A stretch of DNA of 64,000 nt, from the NCBI GenBank assembly GCA_030612025.1, contig JAUWOR010000004.1, positions 64,001 to 128,000 of the forward strand, given 5' to 3'. Under the pieces are notes generated by a model. That model worked only from the letters and a program-made list of their open reading frames with translations. It was not told the DNA's origin and ran no database searches. This document shows, one piece after another, positions 18,273 to 28,143 of this stretch; the first letter of the stretch is position 1; the number at the start of each line of letters is the position of its first letter. The position numbers were made by a program, and so were the translations under genes. Origin of the DNA: Dehalococcoidia bacterium (GTDB lineage Bacteria > Chloroflexota > Dehalococcoidia > GIF9 > AB-539-J10).

Positions 18273-18617
18273 TTAGCAAGTCAGGTGCAAAGCCGCTATA
18301 ACCTGCTCTTCCGCTTGAGATTTTTCGTTGTAGATTTTAGATGCTTTATCAGTTGGCTCCGCTATTAGTTCTATATTATTGGACTTCAAGAATTCCTTTA
18401 CCTCCTGTTTAACTTCAACATAACCAAAAGCTCCGGTTCCAACTATTAAAACCTTCGGCGCAGCTTCAATGATTCCCTTCATATCTTCCATATTCAGCTC
18501 GTGTCCTTCTTTACGCCACCAACCACTATTAACCTTGTTGGGAAAGACAATAACATCGCTCGTATATTTCTTACCGTTTATCACTACCTCTCCAAAGGAA
18601 TAAAAATCAATACGCAT
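18273..18617 (-). CDS. Mth938-like (DUF498/598) protein
   Basis: YSFG.VVING, WWRKEGH, LIVGTG, LHLTC. Confidence 0.9.
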   Translation of the reverse strand: MRIDFYSFGEVVINGKKYTSDVIVFPNKVNSGWWRKEGHELNMEDMKGIIEAAPKVLIVGTGAFGYVEVKQEVKEFLKSNNIELIAEPTDKASKIYNEKSQAEEQVIAALHLTC

Positions 18618-18720
18618 ACTTTCCTCCCTGGTTTGGCTTTTAAGCTTATCATACCAGCCTGATTACCTATTTTTGAAGCACAAACCAATTGTGTAATGCT
18701 CTATAATATGTTGTAAGTGT

Positions 18721-19419
18721 ATGTCATCAGATTTAGCCAAGCGGATTGAAGCCCTAGCTCAATGGATGTTTGAAGCAAGGCATCTGGTTGTCTTCACCGG
18801 TGCCGGCATAAGCACGGAATCAGGTTTGCCTGATTTCCGCGGGCCCGATGGCATCTGGACACGCCAGGCAAAAGGACTCCCTCCAAAGGCAAGACCATTT
18901 GGCTCTGTAGAGCCTAATGCGGGGCACATGGCTATTGTGGAGCTACAGAAACTGGGCAAGCTGAGTTTTCTTATCTCGCAAAATGTGGACAATCTTCACT
19001 TGAGGTCCGGAATACGCCCTGATTTACTGGCAGAGTTACATGGCAATATCACCAAGTTGCGGTGCACTCGCTGTGAAGCTGAAGTGGATAAATCTGCCGG
19101 GCTGAGGAGATGCTCTTGTGGAGGCAGACTGGTTTCCAGTGTGGTTAACTTTGGTCAGCCCTTGCCTCGAAAGGCACTGGCAGATTCCTATTGGCATTCG
19201 GAAAACTGTGCCCTTTTCATAGTCGCTGGCTCAAGCCTCGTGGTCACTCCGGCCGCTGACATGCCTAGAGTGGCTCTGAAATCAGGAGCCAGGCTGGTGA
19301 TTATCAATCAAGGTGAAACGCCATTCGACCGGGTTGCTCATCTGAGATTCTGGGAAGGGATAGGAGAAGTCTTACCTCCAGCAGTGGCTCAGTTAAAGGA
19401 ACTCATGAGAGTATCTTGA
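18721..19419 (+). CDS. Sir2-family NAD-dependent deacylase
   Basis: TGAGISTESGLPDFRG, SQNVDNLH, ELHG, CxxC, GSSL.V.PA, IN. Confidence 0.92.
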   Translation: MSSDLAKRIEALAQWMFEARHLVVFTGAGISTESGLPDFRGPDGIWTRQAKGLPPKARPFGSVEPNAGHMAIVELQKLGKLSFLISQNVDNLHLRSGIRPDLLAELHGNITKLRCTRCEAEVDKSAGLRRCSCGGRLVSSVVNFGQPLPRKALADSYWHSENCALFIVAGSSLVVTPAADMPRVALKSGARLVIINQGETPFDRVAHLRFWEGIGEVLPPAVAQLKELMRVS

Positions 19420-20617
19420 TTGGGCTGTTTCCCAGATGGGAAGTTATCTTACTCAAAAGCTTATCCACTCCCCAGCCTTTGGTGGCGGAGATAAGGGCTA
19501 TGTTTTTATCAGGCAGCACGATTTGTTCCTTAAGACAAGGAACAGCAGTCAGGATTTCTAGCTCCCCTTCACTGCTCAGGGCTAAGTCTAATTTGTTGAA
19601 CACTGTGATTCTAGGCTTGTCTTTAAGGTTTAGCTCGTCAAGGATTTCCTCTACTGTGCAGCACTGATTAGCGGCGTTTTTATGCGTTATGTCAACCATA
19701 TGCAGGAGTAAGTTGGCTTCACCAAGCTCCTCCAGCGTGGCTCGAAAGGCGGCAATGATTGATGACGGCAGTTTTTGAATAAAGCCTACAGTGTCAGTCA
19801 TCAAGAATTGCTGACTGTTGGGTAAGTTCAAACGGCGAGTTACTGGGTCGAGGGTAGAAAAAAGCTTGTCTTCTACAACTACACCAGCCTGGCTTAAGGC
19901 GTTAAATAAGGTGCTTTTGCCAGCATTAGTATAGCCAACAAGGGCTACAATTGGCATTCCTATTTTCTTGCGTTGCTTTCTATAAAGAGCTCTGTGCTGT
20001 CTTACCTCTTCTATTTCATGTTGCAGACGATTGATGCGCTTATGAATAAGGCGGCGGTCAGTTTCTAATTGCGATTCGCCAGGACCTCTGGTGCCGATAC
20101 CGCCACCAAGTCGCTCTAAATGGCTCCACTGACCCACAAGCCTTGGCAGAAGGTATTGGTGCTGAGCTAACTCAACTTGAAGCTGTCCTTCATGGGTTCG
20201 AGCTTGTTTGGCAAATATGTCCAAAATGAGGGCTGTGCGGTCAATAACCTTGACCTGTAATAATTCTTCCAGGTTTCTTTGCTGCCGCGGTGATAGCTCA
20301 TCATCAAAAATCACTGTGTTGTATTGAGTTTGCTCTTTGAGGCTAATTAGCTCGGCAATCTTTCCCTTGCCGATATAATAAGTAGGTGAAGGCGCTTTTA
20401 GTTTCTGGGTAAACATACCTACCACATTGGCGCCGGCTGTCCTGGCTAGATAAGATAATTCCTGTAGAGAATCAACAGCTGACCAACCATGGTTAGAGGC
20501 CTTGCTCTCTACTCCTACCAGGAATGCTTGCTCCTCAGTTTGGGTAGCGAAAAGCTCCTGCTTTATTTGTTCCCTCCTGTTTACCCTGAGGCTGTTTAAT
20601 TTTGATTTCTCGTTCAA
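19403..20617 (-). CDS. hflX: GTPase HflX (start uncertain; track start lies in a MITE)
   Basis: GGGIGTRGPGESQLETDRR, GYTNAGKS, DTVGFI, NKLD. Confidence 0.95.
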   Translation of the reverse strand: MNEKSKLNSLRVNRREQIKQELFATQTEEQAFLVGVESKASNHGWSAVDSLQELSYLARTAGANVVGMFTQKLKAPSPTYYIGKGKIAELISLKEQTQYNTVIFDDELSPRQQRNLEELLQVKVIDRTALILDIFAKQARTHEGQLQVELAQHQYLLPRLVGQWSHLERLGGGIGTRGPGESQLETDRRLIHKRINRLQHEIEEVRQHRALYRKQRKKIGMPIVALVGYTNAGKSTLFNALSQAGVVVEDKLFSTLDPVTRRLNLPNSQQFLMTDTVGFIQKLPSSIIAAFRATLEELGEANLLLHMVDITHKNAANQCCTVEEILDELNLKDKPRITVFNKLDLALSSEGELEILTAVPCLKEQIVLPDKNIALISATKGWGVDKLLSKITSHLGNSPIKILS

Positions 20618-20688
20618 ATTTTTGTAGTTGCCTGATTTATCAGGCAGAAGCGCCCAATAAATTGGGCAACTACATTTCTAAACAGCCT
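20589..20688. mobile_element. MITE/REPIN-like element copy
   Basis: AGGCTGTTTA...TAAACAGCCT with GTAG palindromic core; supplies the dapL stop codon. Confidence 0.78.
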
Positions 20689-21844
20689 TCCAATTTAATA
20701 GGCGGTTTACTCCTTCCTCTAAACGGTCATCAGCCAGAGTTAGAGAGAATCTAATGTAACCCTCTCCCTCCTTTCCATAGCCAATGCCAGGAGTGACAGC
20801 TATGCCAGCTTCATCAAGCAACTTTTTAGTGAAATCTATCGAAGTATAGCCCTGAGGAACCTTAGCCCAAATATAGAAAGTGGCTTTGGGTATCCTGGCT
20901 TTTAAGCCTATTTTAGCCAGGACTTTTATCAGTTTATCTCGGCGCCGCTGCAAAATGGCATTATGCTCAGCGATATGGTTCTGAGAGCCACGCAGGGCTT
21001 CGATAGCAGCCTGCTGAATTGCTTGAGGGATGCCCGAATCCAGATTGGATTTAACTCGCAATAAGGCATCTATCATCTCAGCATTGCCTACCACCATGCC
21101 TATTCGCCACCCTGTCATGTGATAAGTTTTGGACAAGGAGTGAAATTCTACGCCAACTTCCTTAGCTCCTGATGCTTGCATAAAGCTTGGTGGCTTGTAG
21201 CCATCAAAGAAAACTTCGGTGTAAGGAGCATCGTGGCAGACAGCTAGATTATTGTGCTGGCGAGCAAAATGAACTGCCTTTTCGAAGAAATCAATGTCTG
21301 CTGTAGCCCCAGTGGGATTGTTGGGATAGTTTAACCACATGAGCTTTGCTTTGCCGGCTATCGGCTCAGGGATGGCTTCGAAGTCAGGCAAGAAGTCATT
21401 CACCTCTTTCAAGGGCATAAAATAAGGCTCGCCACCAGCCAGTATAGTGCCCATAGAAAACGGTGGATACCCTGGGTCGGGTACTAAAGCTATATCACCA
21501 ACCTCAATAAAGCACAACGCCATATGCCCAATTCCTTCCTTGGAGCCAATGAGCGGCAGCACTTCTTTATCTGGATTTAGAATAACCCCGAATCGCCTCC
21601 CGTACCATTCGGCAATAGCCTGTCGGAGTGCAGGCAAGCCGCTAGTCTCGGGATACCGATGATTAGCCTGGTTGTGTGCTGCCTGGCACATGCATTCAAT
21701 AATGTGAGCCGGCGTGGGCAAATCAGGGTCACCGAGGGCGAAGCTGATGATGTCCTCTCCCCTAGCTCGAAGTTCAGCGATTTTCTGATTTATGTCGACA
21801 AAAAGATAAGGGGGTAACTTATTAAGTCGTTTGGCTAATTCCAT
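20678..21844 (-). CDS. dapL: LL-diaminopimelate aminotransferase
   Basis: LPPYLF, GSKEGI, NYPNNPTG, SLSKTY.MTGWRIG; adjacent to dapF. Confidence 0.88.
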   Translation of the reverse strand: MELAKRLNKLPPYLFVDINQKIAELRARGEDIISFALGDPDLPTPAHIIECMCQAAHNQANHRYPETSGLPALRQAIAEWYGRRFGVILNPDKEVLPLIGSKEGIGHMALCFIEVGDIALVPDPGYPPFSMGTILAGGEPYFMPLKEVNDFLPDFEAIPEPIAGKAKLMWLNYPNNPTGATADIDFFEKAVHFARQHNNLAVCHDAPYTEVFFDGYKPPSFMQASGAKEVGVEFHSLSKTYHMTGWRIGMVVGNAEMIDALLRVKSNLDSGIPQAIQQAAIEALRGSQNHIAEHNAILQRRRDKLIKVLAKIGLKARIPKATFYIWAKVPQGYTSIDFTKKLLDEAGIAVTPGIGYGKEGEGYIRFSLTLADDRLEEGVNRLLNWKAV

Positions 21845-21847
21845 TGG

Positions 21848-22735
21848 CTATTCTCCTTTAGTTAGATACTCCCCGGTGAAAACTTCTTCCACCGGGCCGG
21901 TGAGCAATACCTCCCCTACCCTATCCCACGATATAGTCAAGGTCCCACCTGGAAGTATTATGTCAACTATATCGTCCACGTAATTATGTAGCTGGGCAGC
22001 TACAGCTATGGCACAGGCACCACTACCACAAGCAAGAGTCTCTCCCACACCTCGCTCCCATACTCTAGCTTCTATCTCCCCCCTACTCAAAACCCTAGCT
22101 ATCTCAAAGTTTGTCCTTTGTGGAAACAGGGGATGTCTTTCCACCCTGGACCCCACCTCGGCTAAGGGAAAACTAGCTACTGGCTCAGATACAAAGCTCA
22201 CCGCATGGGGATTGCCCATAGATAAGAGGGATACTGATAGCTGATAGCTGTTAGCTATCAGCTGATAGGTGATTACTGGAGACTGCTTCGCTTCGCTCGC
22301 AACGGCATCTGTGGTGAGGGTGACGGGAATTTGTTCTGGTTGGAACTGGGGCGTGCCCATGCTTACCTCGACGCGGCTCACTTTATTTCTCAACATGTAC
22401 GCTTTAGCCTGTCTCATGCCCGATAAAGTTTCTATCCTTAAATTTGTTGTACTAACTATGCCCTTTTCAATAGCATACTTGGCAAGACACCTTAATCCGT
22501 TGCCACAGGTCTCAGCCTCGGAACCATCTGAATTAAAGATGCGCATCTTTAATTCGCAATAGCTAGAATTCTGCACTAATATCAAGCCATCAGCCCCTAC
22601 GCCAAAGTGACGGTCACACATAATTTGAGCTAACTGACAGGGGGCGAAAAGTTCAAGGTCAGGATGACAAAATGGGGCTCTGGCATCTACCAGAATAAAA
22701 TCGTTTCCTGTAGCCTGGAATTTGGAGAATTTCAT
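21848..22735 (-). CDS. dapF: Diaminopimelate epimerase
   Basis: GNDF, CGNGLRC, MGNPH, ERGVGETLACGSG; carries a repeat-derived insertion. Confidence 0.95.
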   Translation of the reverse strand: MKFSKFQATGNDFILVDARAPFCHPDLELFAPCQLAQIMCDRHFGVGADGLILVQNSSYCELKMRIFNSDGSEAETCGNGLRCLAKYAIEKGIVSTTNLRIETLSGMRQAKAYMLRNKVSRVEVSMGTPQFQPEQIPVTLTTDAVASEAKQSPVITYQLIANSYQLSVSLLSMGNPHAVSFVSEPVASFPLAEVGSRVERHPLFPQRTNFEIARVLSRGEIEARVWERGVGETLACGSGACAIAVAAQLHNYVDDIVDIILPGGTLTISWDRVGEVLLTGPVEEVFTGEYLTKGE

Positions 22736-23676
22736 GCCATAAAGCCTCTTATTAGATTCTTCGCTTCGCTCAGAATGACAGGGAGCGAAGGGCTCAGAAT
22801 GATAGACGACGGGCTGACATCAAACCAGCAAATTCTTTCGTCGTCCAGATGAAACCAAGCATATTGATGACGAGCAAAGCGATGGGTTTCATACTTTATC
22901 TGTTCAATAGCTGCCGGCAAAGTCAACTGGCCTTGAAGAAACTGGCCCACTTGCTTATAACCTACACCCGACATAGCAGACAAGGAAAAGCTATAACCCA
23001 TTTTTACTAGCTCCTCTATCTCCGCAACTAATCCCTCTTGTATCATTTTATCAACACGCTGATCAATCCTATTATACAACTTGCTTCTTTCTACGGTTAA
23101 ACCGATGATGCGGATAGGAAAACCTGGCGCCTCCTTGCGCCATAACTGAGAGGGAAGCTGCCCTGTCATGTGGTAAATCTCTAAAGCCCTGATGATACGG
23201 CGGATATTGCCAGGATGGATTTTGGTTGCGGCGAGAGGGTCGATCTGCTGAAGTTCTTTATAAAGCACATAGCCACCTTCTCGCTTCGCTCTGGCTTCCA
23301 AATCACATCTTAGTTTAGGGTTAGGTGGCACCTGGGGTATTTTCCATCCTTCTAATATTGACCACAGATAAAGGCCACTGCCACCTACCAATAACGGCAG
23401 TTTGCCTTTTTGCTGGATAGCCTTGATTGCCTCGGTAGCCAGTTGATGATACATAGCTAGGTTAAAATCTTCATCAGGGTTAACTATATCAATAAGGTGA
23501 TGAGGGACTGATGCTCTTTCAGCTAAAGTGGGTTTATTGGTGCCGATATCCATATAGCGGTAAACCTGTCGGCTATCAGCGCTTACTATCTCTACCGGGA
23601 AATCTCGAGCTAAGTGTAGAGCAAGCTCACTTTTGCCTACTGCTGTGGGACCAACGATGGCAACAAGGCATTCCAT
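22732..23676 (-). CDS. miaA: tRNA dimethylallyltransferase
   Basis: GPTAVGKS, DSRQVY, GGSGLY, RALE; repeat-derived C-terminus. Confidence 0.95.
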   Translation of the reverse strand: MECLVAIVGPTAVGKSELALHLARDFPVEIVSADSRQVYRYMDIGTNKPTLAERASVPHHLIDIVNPDEDFNLAMYHQLATEAIKAIQQKGKLPLLVGGSGLYLWSILEGWKIPQVPPNPKLRCDLEARAKREGGYVLYKELQQIDPLAATKIHPGNIRRIIRALEIYHMTGQLPSQLWRKEAPGFPIRIIGLTVERSKLYNRIDQRVDKMIQEGLVAEIEELVKMGYSFSLSAMSGVGYKQVGQFLQGQLTLPAAIEQIKYETHRFARHQYAWFHLDDERICWFDVSPSSIILSPSLPVILSEAKNLIRGFMA

Positions 23677-23699
23677 TTCCAGCTACCAGCTATCAGCTA

Positions 23700-24488
23700 T
23701 CAGCTTAATGCTGACCGCTGACTGCTGAATGCTCCCTTGATTGCTGCCGTTTGCTCAATAATGCTCAAGAATTCCTCGGCCTTGAGGCTACTTCCACCAA
23801 CTAAAGCGCCATCAATCTCCAATTGGGATATAAACTCAGCGATGTTGTCACTAGTAACGCTGCCGCCATAGAGGATACGTAAATCTTGAGCCACATCCTT
23901 GCCCCACAGCTTAGCTATAATATTGCGGATGAACTTGATGGTAGCTGCTGCTTGTTCGCTGCTAGCTGCCTTGTCGGTGCCAATGGCCCATACTGGCTCG
24001 TAAGCAATCACCAAATCGCGGGCTGGTTTTATATTGTTTAAACCTTGACTAACCTGCTTACTAATCACTTCCTCTGTCCTGCCGGCTTCGTTTTCCTCAA
24101 ATCTTTCTCCAACACATAAAATGGGCTTAAGCTTGTTTGCCAGAGCTATTCTTATCTTCTTATTAACTATCTCGTCAGTTTCACTGAAATACCACCGTCG
24201 CTCAGAATGTCCCAGAATAACAAATTCACATAACTCTGTGAGCATTGCCGGTGAAATCTCACCGGTATAAGCTCCTTTGGCTTCAAAATGCATGTTCTGC
24301 GCACCGAGTTTAACAGAAGAACCTTTTATTAGTCCCCTTATCATAGTCAGAGAAGTAAATGGTGGGCAGATTACCTTCTCTACCCCCTCTATTCTGTCCA
24401 GGCTATCTAGCATGTCATGGGTGAGCTTTTCAGCTTCATCCAGTGTGGTATTCATTTTCCAGTTGCCAGCGATAAGGGGAATGCGCAT
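23700..24488 (-). CDS. tpiA: Triosephosphate isomerase
   Basis: AGNWKM, GHSERR, AYEPVWAIGT, YGGSV, LVGG. Confidence 0.96.
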   Translation of the reverse strand: MRIPLIAGNWKMNTTLDEAEKLTHDMLDSLDRIEGVEKVICPPFTSLTMIRGLIKGSSVKLGAQNMHFEAKGAYTGEISPAMLTELCEFVILGHSERRWYFSETDEIVNKKIRIALANKLKPILCVGERFEENEAGRTEEVISKQVSQGLNNIKPARDLVIAYEPVWAIGTDKAASSEQAAATIKFIRNIIAKLWGKDVAQDLRILYGGSVTSDNIAEFISQLEIDGALVGGSSLKAEEFLSIIEQTAAIKGAFSSQRSALS

Positions 24489-24494
24489 TAGCTA

Positions 24495-24578
24495 ACTCAA
24501 ATCCTAAACTCTAATTTCTAAGCTCTAAACAAATTCAAAATCCAAATTCCTAATTTTTTAGGATTTAGATATTAGTAT
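24495..24578. repeat. Degenerate heptamer-repeat hairpin
   Basis: AAATCCT/AATTTCT/AAGCTCT-type units followed by the inverted TAGGATTT/AGATATT units. Confidence 0.6.
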
Positions 24579-25781
24579 TTAGTGCTTCTTTTTAATCTTA
24601 TCTGGCAAGATTTCCACTCCAGGCAAAGTAGCGCCTTCTAAGAATCTTAAGCTGGCACCGCCTCCAGTGGAGACATGGGTCATTTTATTAGCCAGTCCCA
24701 TTTCCTGGACTATCTCAGCACTAGAGCCGCCACCGATAATGGCAGTAGCGTTGACAGTAGAAAGAAGCTTGGCTAATGACCTGGTCCCTTGAGCAAACTG
24801 AGGTATCTCGTAAATTCCCATGGGTCCATTCCACATAATGGTGTGGCACTTCCTTAGCTCGTTGGAGAAAAGCTCGATGGTCTGAGGTCCGATATCCACA
24901 ATGTAGCTATCAGGCGATATATCGCTTATGGACACCACTTTAGTTTTTGCCTCAGCTTTAATCTCCTTGGCTACAACCACATCAACTGGCAGCAAGAATG
25001 GCACCTTCCATTCTTCGGCTTCCTTAAGCAACTCTTTAGCCAGGCTCAATTTATCCCTTTCCACTAAAGAGTGTCCCACTTCGTATCCCTGCGCCTTCAA
25101 GAAAGTAGCCACCATACCACCGCCAATAAGCAAGATATCGAGCTTCTTTAGCATATTTTGCATCAGGCCTATTTTGTCGCTTACCTTAGCACCACCTATC
25201 ACGCAGGCGAAAGGATGCACTGGAGCACTCAGAAGGTTACCCATAGCTTCTAATTCTGTTTCCATAAGGAAGCCGGCCACCGCTGGCAAGTATTTGGCTA
25301 CACCCACAGTAGAGGCATGAGCTCTGTGTGCCGTGCCAAAAGCATCGTTAACGTAAATGTCAGCTAAACGGGCTAATTCTTGGGCAAAATGAGGGTCGTT
25401 TGCCTCTTCCTCGGGGTGAAAGCGCACATTTTCCAGAAACAGAATATCGCCTTCTTTAAGTACTTTTACCTTATTTTCTACCTCTCGGCCCACGCAATCA
25501 GGTACTATGCCGACAGGTAAACCTATAAGCTGTGACAAGCGCTGTGCTACTGGTGTCATTCGTAATTCCTCAACTACTCTGCCTTTGGGACGTCCCAGAT
25601 GAGAGCAAAGAATTACCTTGGCTTTATGCGCAACAAGATAATTAATGGTAGGCAATGAGGCTCGGATGCGGCTATCATCACTAATGGCGCCGGTATTTAC
25701 ATCCAACGGAACGTTGAAATCAACTCTAACCAGCACCCTTTTCCCTTCAACATCTATATCCTTGACAGTCTTTCTCTGCAT
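24579..25781 (-). CDS. pgk: Phosphoglycerate kinase
   Basis: [39 protein letters not shown]. Confidence 0.97.
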   Translation of the reverse strand: MQRKTVKDIDVEGKRVLVRVDFNVPLDVNTGAISDDSRIRASLPTINYLVAHKAKVILCSHLGRPKGRVVEELRMTPVAQRLSQLIGLPVGIVPDCVGREVENKVKVLKEGDILFLENVRFHPEEEANDPHFAQELARLADIYVNDAFGTAHRAHASTVGVAKYLPAVAGFLMETELEAMGNLLSAPVHPFACVIGGAKVSDKIGLMQNMLKKLDILLIGGGMVATFLKAQGYEVGHSLVERDKLSLAKELLKEAEEWKVPFLLPVDVVVAKEIKAEAKTKVVSISDISPDSYIVDIGPQTIELFSNELRKCHTIMWNGPMGIYEIPQFAQGTRSLAKLLSTVNATAIIGGGSSAEIVQEMGLANKMTHVSTGGGASLRFLEGATLPGVEILPDKIKKKH

Positions 25782-25790
25782 TTTTCCCTC

Positions 25791-26855
25791 CTAGTAGTCG
25801 CACTCCATTAAAAAACGTGCTGCCGCGCTTAATGGAGCTCGCCTGGATGGATCAAGACCAGTAGCTTCAAGCTTTGTCAAAGCTTGGTGATAATATTGTT
25901 GCTCCAAATCCTGGGCATAACCCCTGGCACCTGAACGATTGAGTATTTCTACCACTTCAGTTACATCCTCCTCTTCGACGGATTCCTGAGAGTAAAGTTT
26001 CACAAGCCTCTGCTTATCTTTGCCCCTGCTGTTTTCCAATCTGTAAACTACCGGCAAAGTTTTCTTCCTGTGTAAAATATCACCCTTTACAGACTTGCCA
26101 ATTTTTTCCTCTGTTCCCCAAATGCCCAGTATGTCATCATGAATTTGATAAGCCACGCCCAAGTTTTTGCCAAACTCGTGGAAGTAGCTCACTATCCCCT
26201 CATCCTCTGTAACAAGGCATGCTCCGATAGAGGTTGATGCAGCCATTAATGCCGCTGTTTTCTTCGTTATCATTCTAAGGTAATCTTCAGTGGTAACATC
26301 GCCACGACCCTCATAGGCAATATCTAGATATTGGCCTTCACAAAGCTCCAGGCAAGCTTCGCCCAGCACTCGGATTGCTCGCATAACTTTTGTCCCGGCT
26401 ATCCCATTCCCCCGCAGTTTAAGCAAAGCTAAATAAGCTAAGGCAAACATGGAATCGCCAGCATTTATAGCTTGCGGCTGTCCCCATAATTTCCATACAG
26501 TTGGGCGATGGTGGCGCTCACAGCTAGCGTCTTCAATATCATCGTGGATTAAAGAGAAGTTATGAATGAACTCTAAGGATGCCGCGGCAGGCAATATCTG
26601 TGACGTATTTCCACCTACCGCTTGACAGCTAAGAAGACAAAGAACAGGGCGAGTAAATTTACCAGACTTCTTACCACAGGGATGACCATGTGTATCCTGC
26701 CAACCCAGATGGTATCGCAACATATCATAAAGGGCTGAAGGTTTACTACCAATAATTCTCTTTAACTCAGCCTCTACTTCTCTTCGGTAGGAGGTGTAAC
26801 TTTCAGGCAAGATTTCATCTGTGCTTATCAAAACCACCTTTATATTAATGGCCAA
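25791..26855 (-). CDS. Polyprenyl (likely geranylgeranyl) diphosphate synthase
   Basis: GK.TRP, LIHDDIED, GQYLD, KTA, QIHDD, KKTLP. Confidence 0.9.
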   Translation of the reverse strand: MAINIKVVLISTDEILPESYTSYRREVEAELKRIIGSKPSALYDMLRYHLGWQDTHGHPCGKKSGKFTRPVLCLLSCQAVGGNTSQILPAAASLEFIHNFSLIHDDIEDASCERHHRPTVWKLWGQPQAINAGDSMFALAYLALLKLRGNGIAGTKVMRAIRVLGEACLELCEGQYLDIAYEGRGDVTTEDYLRMITKKTAALMAASTSIGACLVTEDEGIVSYFHEFGKNLGVAYQIHDDILGIWGTEEKIGKSVKGDILHRKKTLPVVYRLENSRGKDKQRLVKLYSQESVEEEDVTEVVEILNRSGARGYAQDLEQQYYHQALTKLEATGLDPSRRAPLSAAARFLMECDY

Positions 26856-26882
26856 AGGGGCAAATTGTCAATAAAGCTAATT

Positions 26883-27059
26883 TAGAGCCTGTCTGTTTTG
26901 TCACCCTGAGCCGAAGCTCCGAGCGAAGTGAGGAGGCGGTGAAGGGTCTAGATTCTTCGCGGAGTTTATCCTGAGCGAGATTCTTCGGTCGCTTCTCTCC
27001 CTCAGAATGACAGGAAGCGAAGGGCGTAGAATGACAATTTGGAGTTGCTAGACACTCTA
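26883..27059. mobile_element. Composite nested palindromic element (family A) with imperfect TAGAG..TGTCT termini
   Basis: Core 26950-27035 is nearly identical to the insert in leuC and related to those at 36122, 47430 and 53991. Confidence 0.7.
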
Positions 27060-27071
27060 CTAGTTAAAGCC

Positions 27072-27126
27072 TTGAAAAAGTCTCCTTATTGTAATATAAT
27101 TAGCACTCTGAATGTTAGAGTGCTAA
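27072..27126 (+). promoter_or_regulatory. sigma70 promoter plus perfect CIRCE (HrcA operator)
   Basis: TTGAAA-17 bp-TATAAT (27072-27100), then TTAGCACTC-N9-GAGTGCTAA (27100-27126). Confidence 0.92.
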
Positions 27127-27143
27127 TTATTGGAGGTAATTAG

Positions 27144-27368
27144 ATGAATTGTGCTGTTTGCGGGAGTCCACTGCTTTTCGACAGGGTCGTTTTCCACTGT
27201 TCCTGTGGAGTTTTTGTGCATGCCTATTGCTGGGATAAGCATGTGTTGCAAGCTCATAGGCCGGCTTTCGAGGTAGGCACCGTTGATTTGAACAGTGAGT
27301 TTAAAGTAAAAGAGAGCAAGGTAGAGGAGGAAGCCTCAGATAAACAGGTAACACCGTCTATAGAATGA
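27144..27368 (+). CDS. Small Cys/His Zn-finger protein
   Basis: CAVC-x11-CSC-x4-HAYC-x3-H; SD GGAGG. Confidence 0.75.
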   Translation: MNCAVCGSPLLFDRVVFHCSCGVFVHAYCWDKHVLQAHRPAFEVGTVDLNSEFKVKESKVEEEASDKQVTPSIE

Positions 27369-27381
27369 AAGAGGAATAAAA

Positions 27382-27627
27382 ATGCCTACTTATCGATACC
27401 AGTGTGAGAACTGCAACCGGCGATTTGAGCTCAGGCAAGGATTTAATGATAAACCAATAGTTGTTTGCCCTGTATGCCGTGGAGTTGCCCATCGCCTTTT
27501 TTCTCCCGTGCCTATCTTGTTTAAGGGGCCAGGGTTTTATGTTACGGATTCCAGGGAAGAGAGCAAAGAAAGGCTTGATACCAAGGGGCCGAAGAAAAGG
27601 GAGATGGATGGGGGTAGAAAGTCATGA
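27382..27627 (+). CDS. FmdB-family zinc-ribbon protein
   Basis: MPTYRYQCENC...CPVC...FKGPGFYVTD. Confidence 0.88.
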   Translation: MPTYRYQCENCNRRFELRQGFNDKPIVVCPVCRGVAHRLFSPVPILFKGPGFYVTDSREESKERLDTKGPKKREMDGGRKS

Positions 27628-27728
27628 AATGCCCTGTTTGTGGCAGGGAAGCCAGAACCCACATCTTCCACTGTGCTAAATGTGGTGTTTATGTGCATGA
27701 AAAGTGCTGGCGAAAACATATTGCCTAA
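27624..27728 (+). CDS. 34-aa Zn-finger paralog of 27144-27368 (not in ORF track; possibly slightly truncated)
   Basis: ATGA overlap; MKCPVCGREARTHIFHCAKCGVYVHEKCWRKHIA*AHKK* aligns with FHCSCGVFVHAYCWDKHVLQAH. Confidence 0.65.
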   Translation: MKCPVCGREARTHIFHCAKCGVYVHEKCWRKHIA

Positions 27729-27931
27729 GCTCACAAAAAATAGCTTGTGTTTTTGCTCCATGCCTGTCAAATCATTTGAGACGGTAACCCAAGTTTAGGT
27801 TGTGGCATCATAATTCGGATTCAGCTCCTTCCACACAAAGGAGATTTCCTCCCTTGTCTCCCTTTCAAGGCGAGCCTGGTTTGAGACCGCTCTTTGACCT
27901 CAAAAGGTGTAACGCCTCCGTCAGGTAACAT

Positions 27932-28080
27932 GGCTGTTTGATTTTGCCTCAGACTCAAAATCAGGCTCAAACTAGATTTGCCTCATTCGGTTTTCATGGT
28001 CTTCACCTCAAAGATTTTGTAGTGCGACCCTTTAGGGTTGTGCACGAGGCTAAAGCCTCGCACTACATTTCCAAACAGCC
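27932..28080. mobile_element. Second MITE-like element with GTAG palindrome
   Basis: GGCTGTTTG...CAAACAGCC termini; TGTAGTGCGA...TCGCACTACA core; GGTAACA near both flanks. Confidence 0.6.
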
Positions 28081-28113
28081 TCGGTAACAATAATTTTGAG
28101 GCAATTTGACTTA

Positions 28114-28143
28114 TTGACTAGTTAAAAGGTACCATTTTATAAT
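28114..28143 (+). promoter_or_regulatory. sigma70 promoter for the symporter operon
   Basis: TTGACT-18 bp-TATAAT. Confidence 0.65.

Noticed and set aside
18721-19419. Sir2 gene as a defence NADase belonging to the island
   Set aside because: It has canonical deacylase motifs and Zn-binding cysteines, no fused defence domains, and sits among housekeeping genes.
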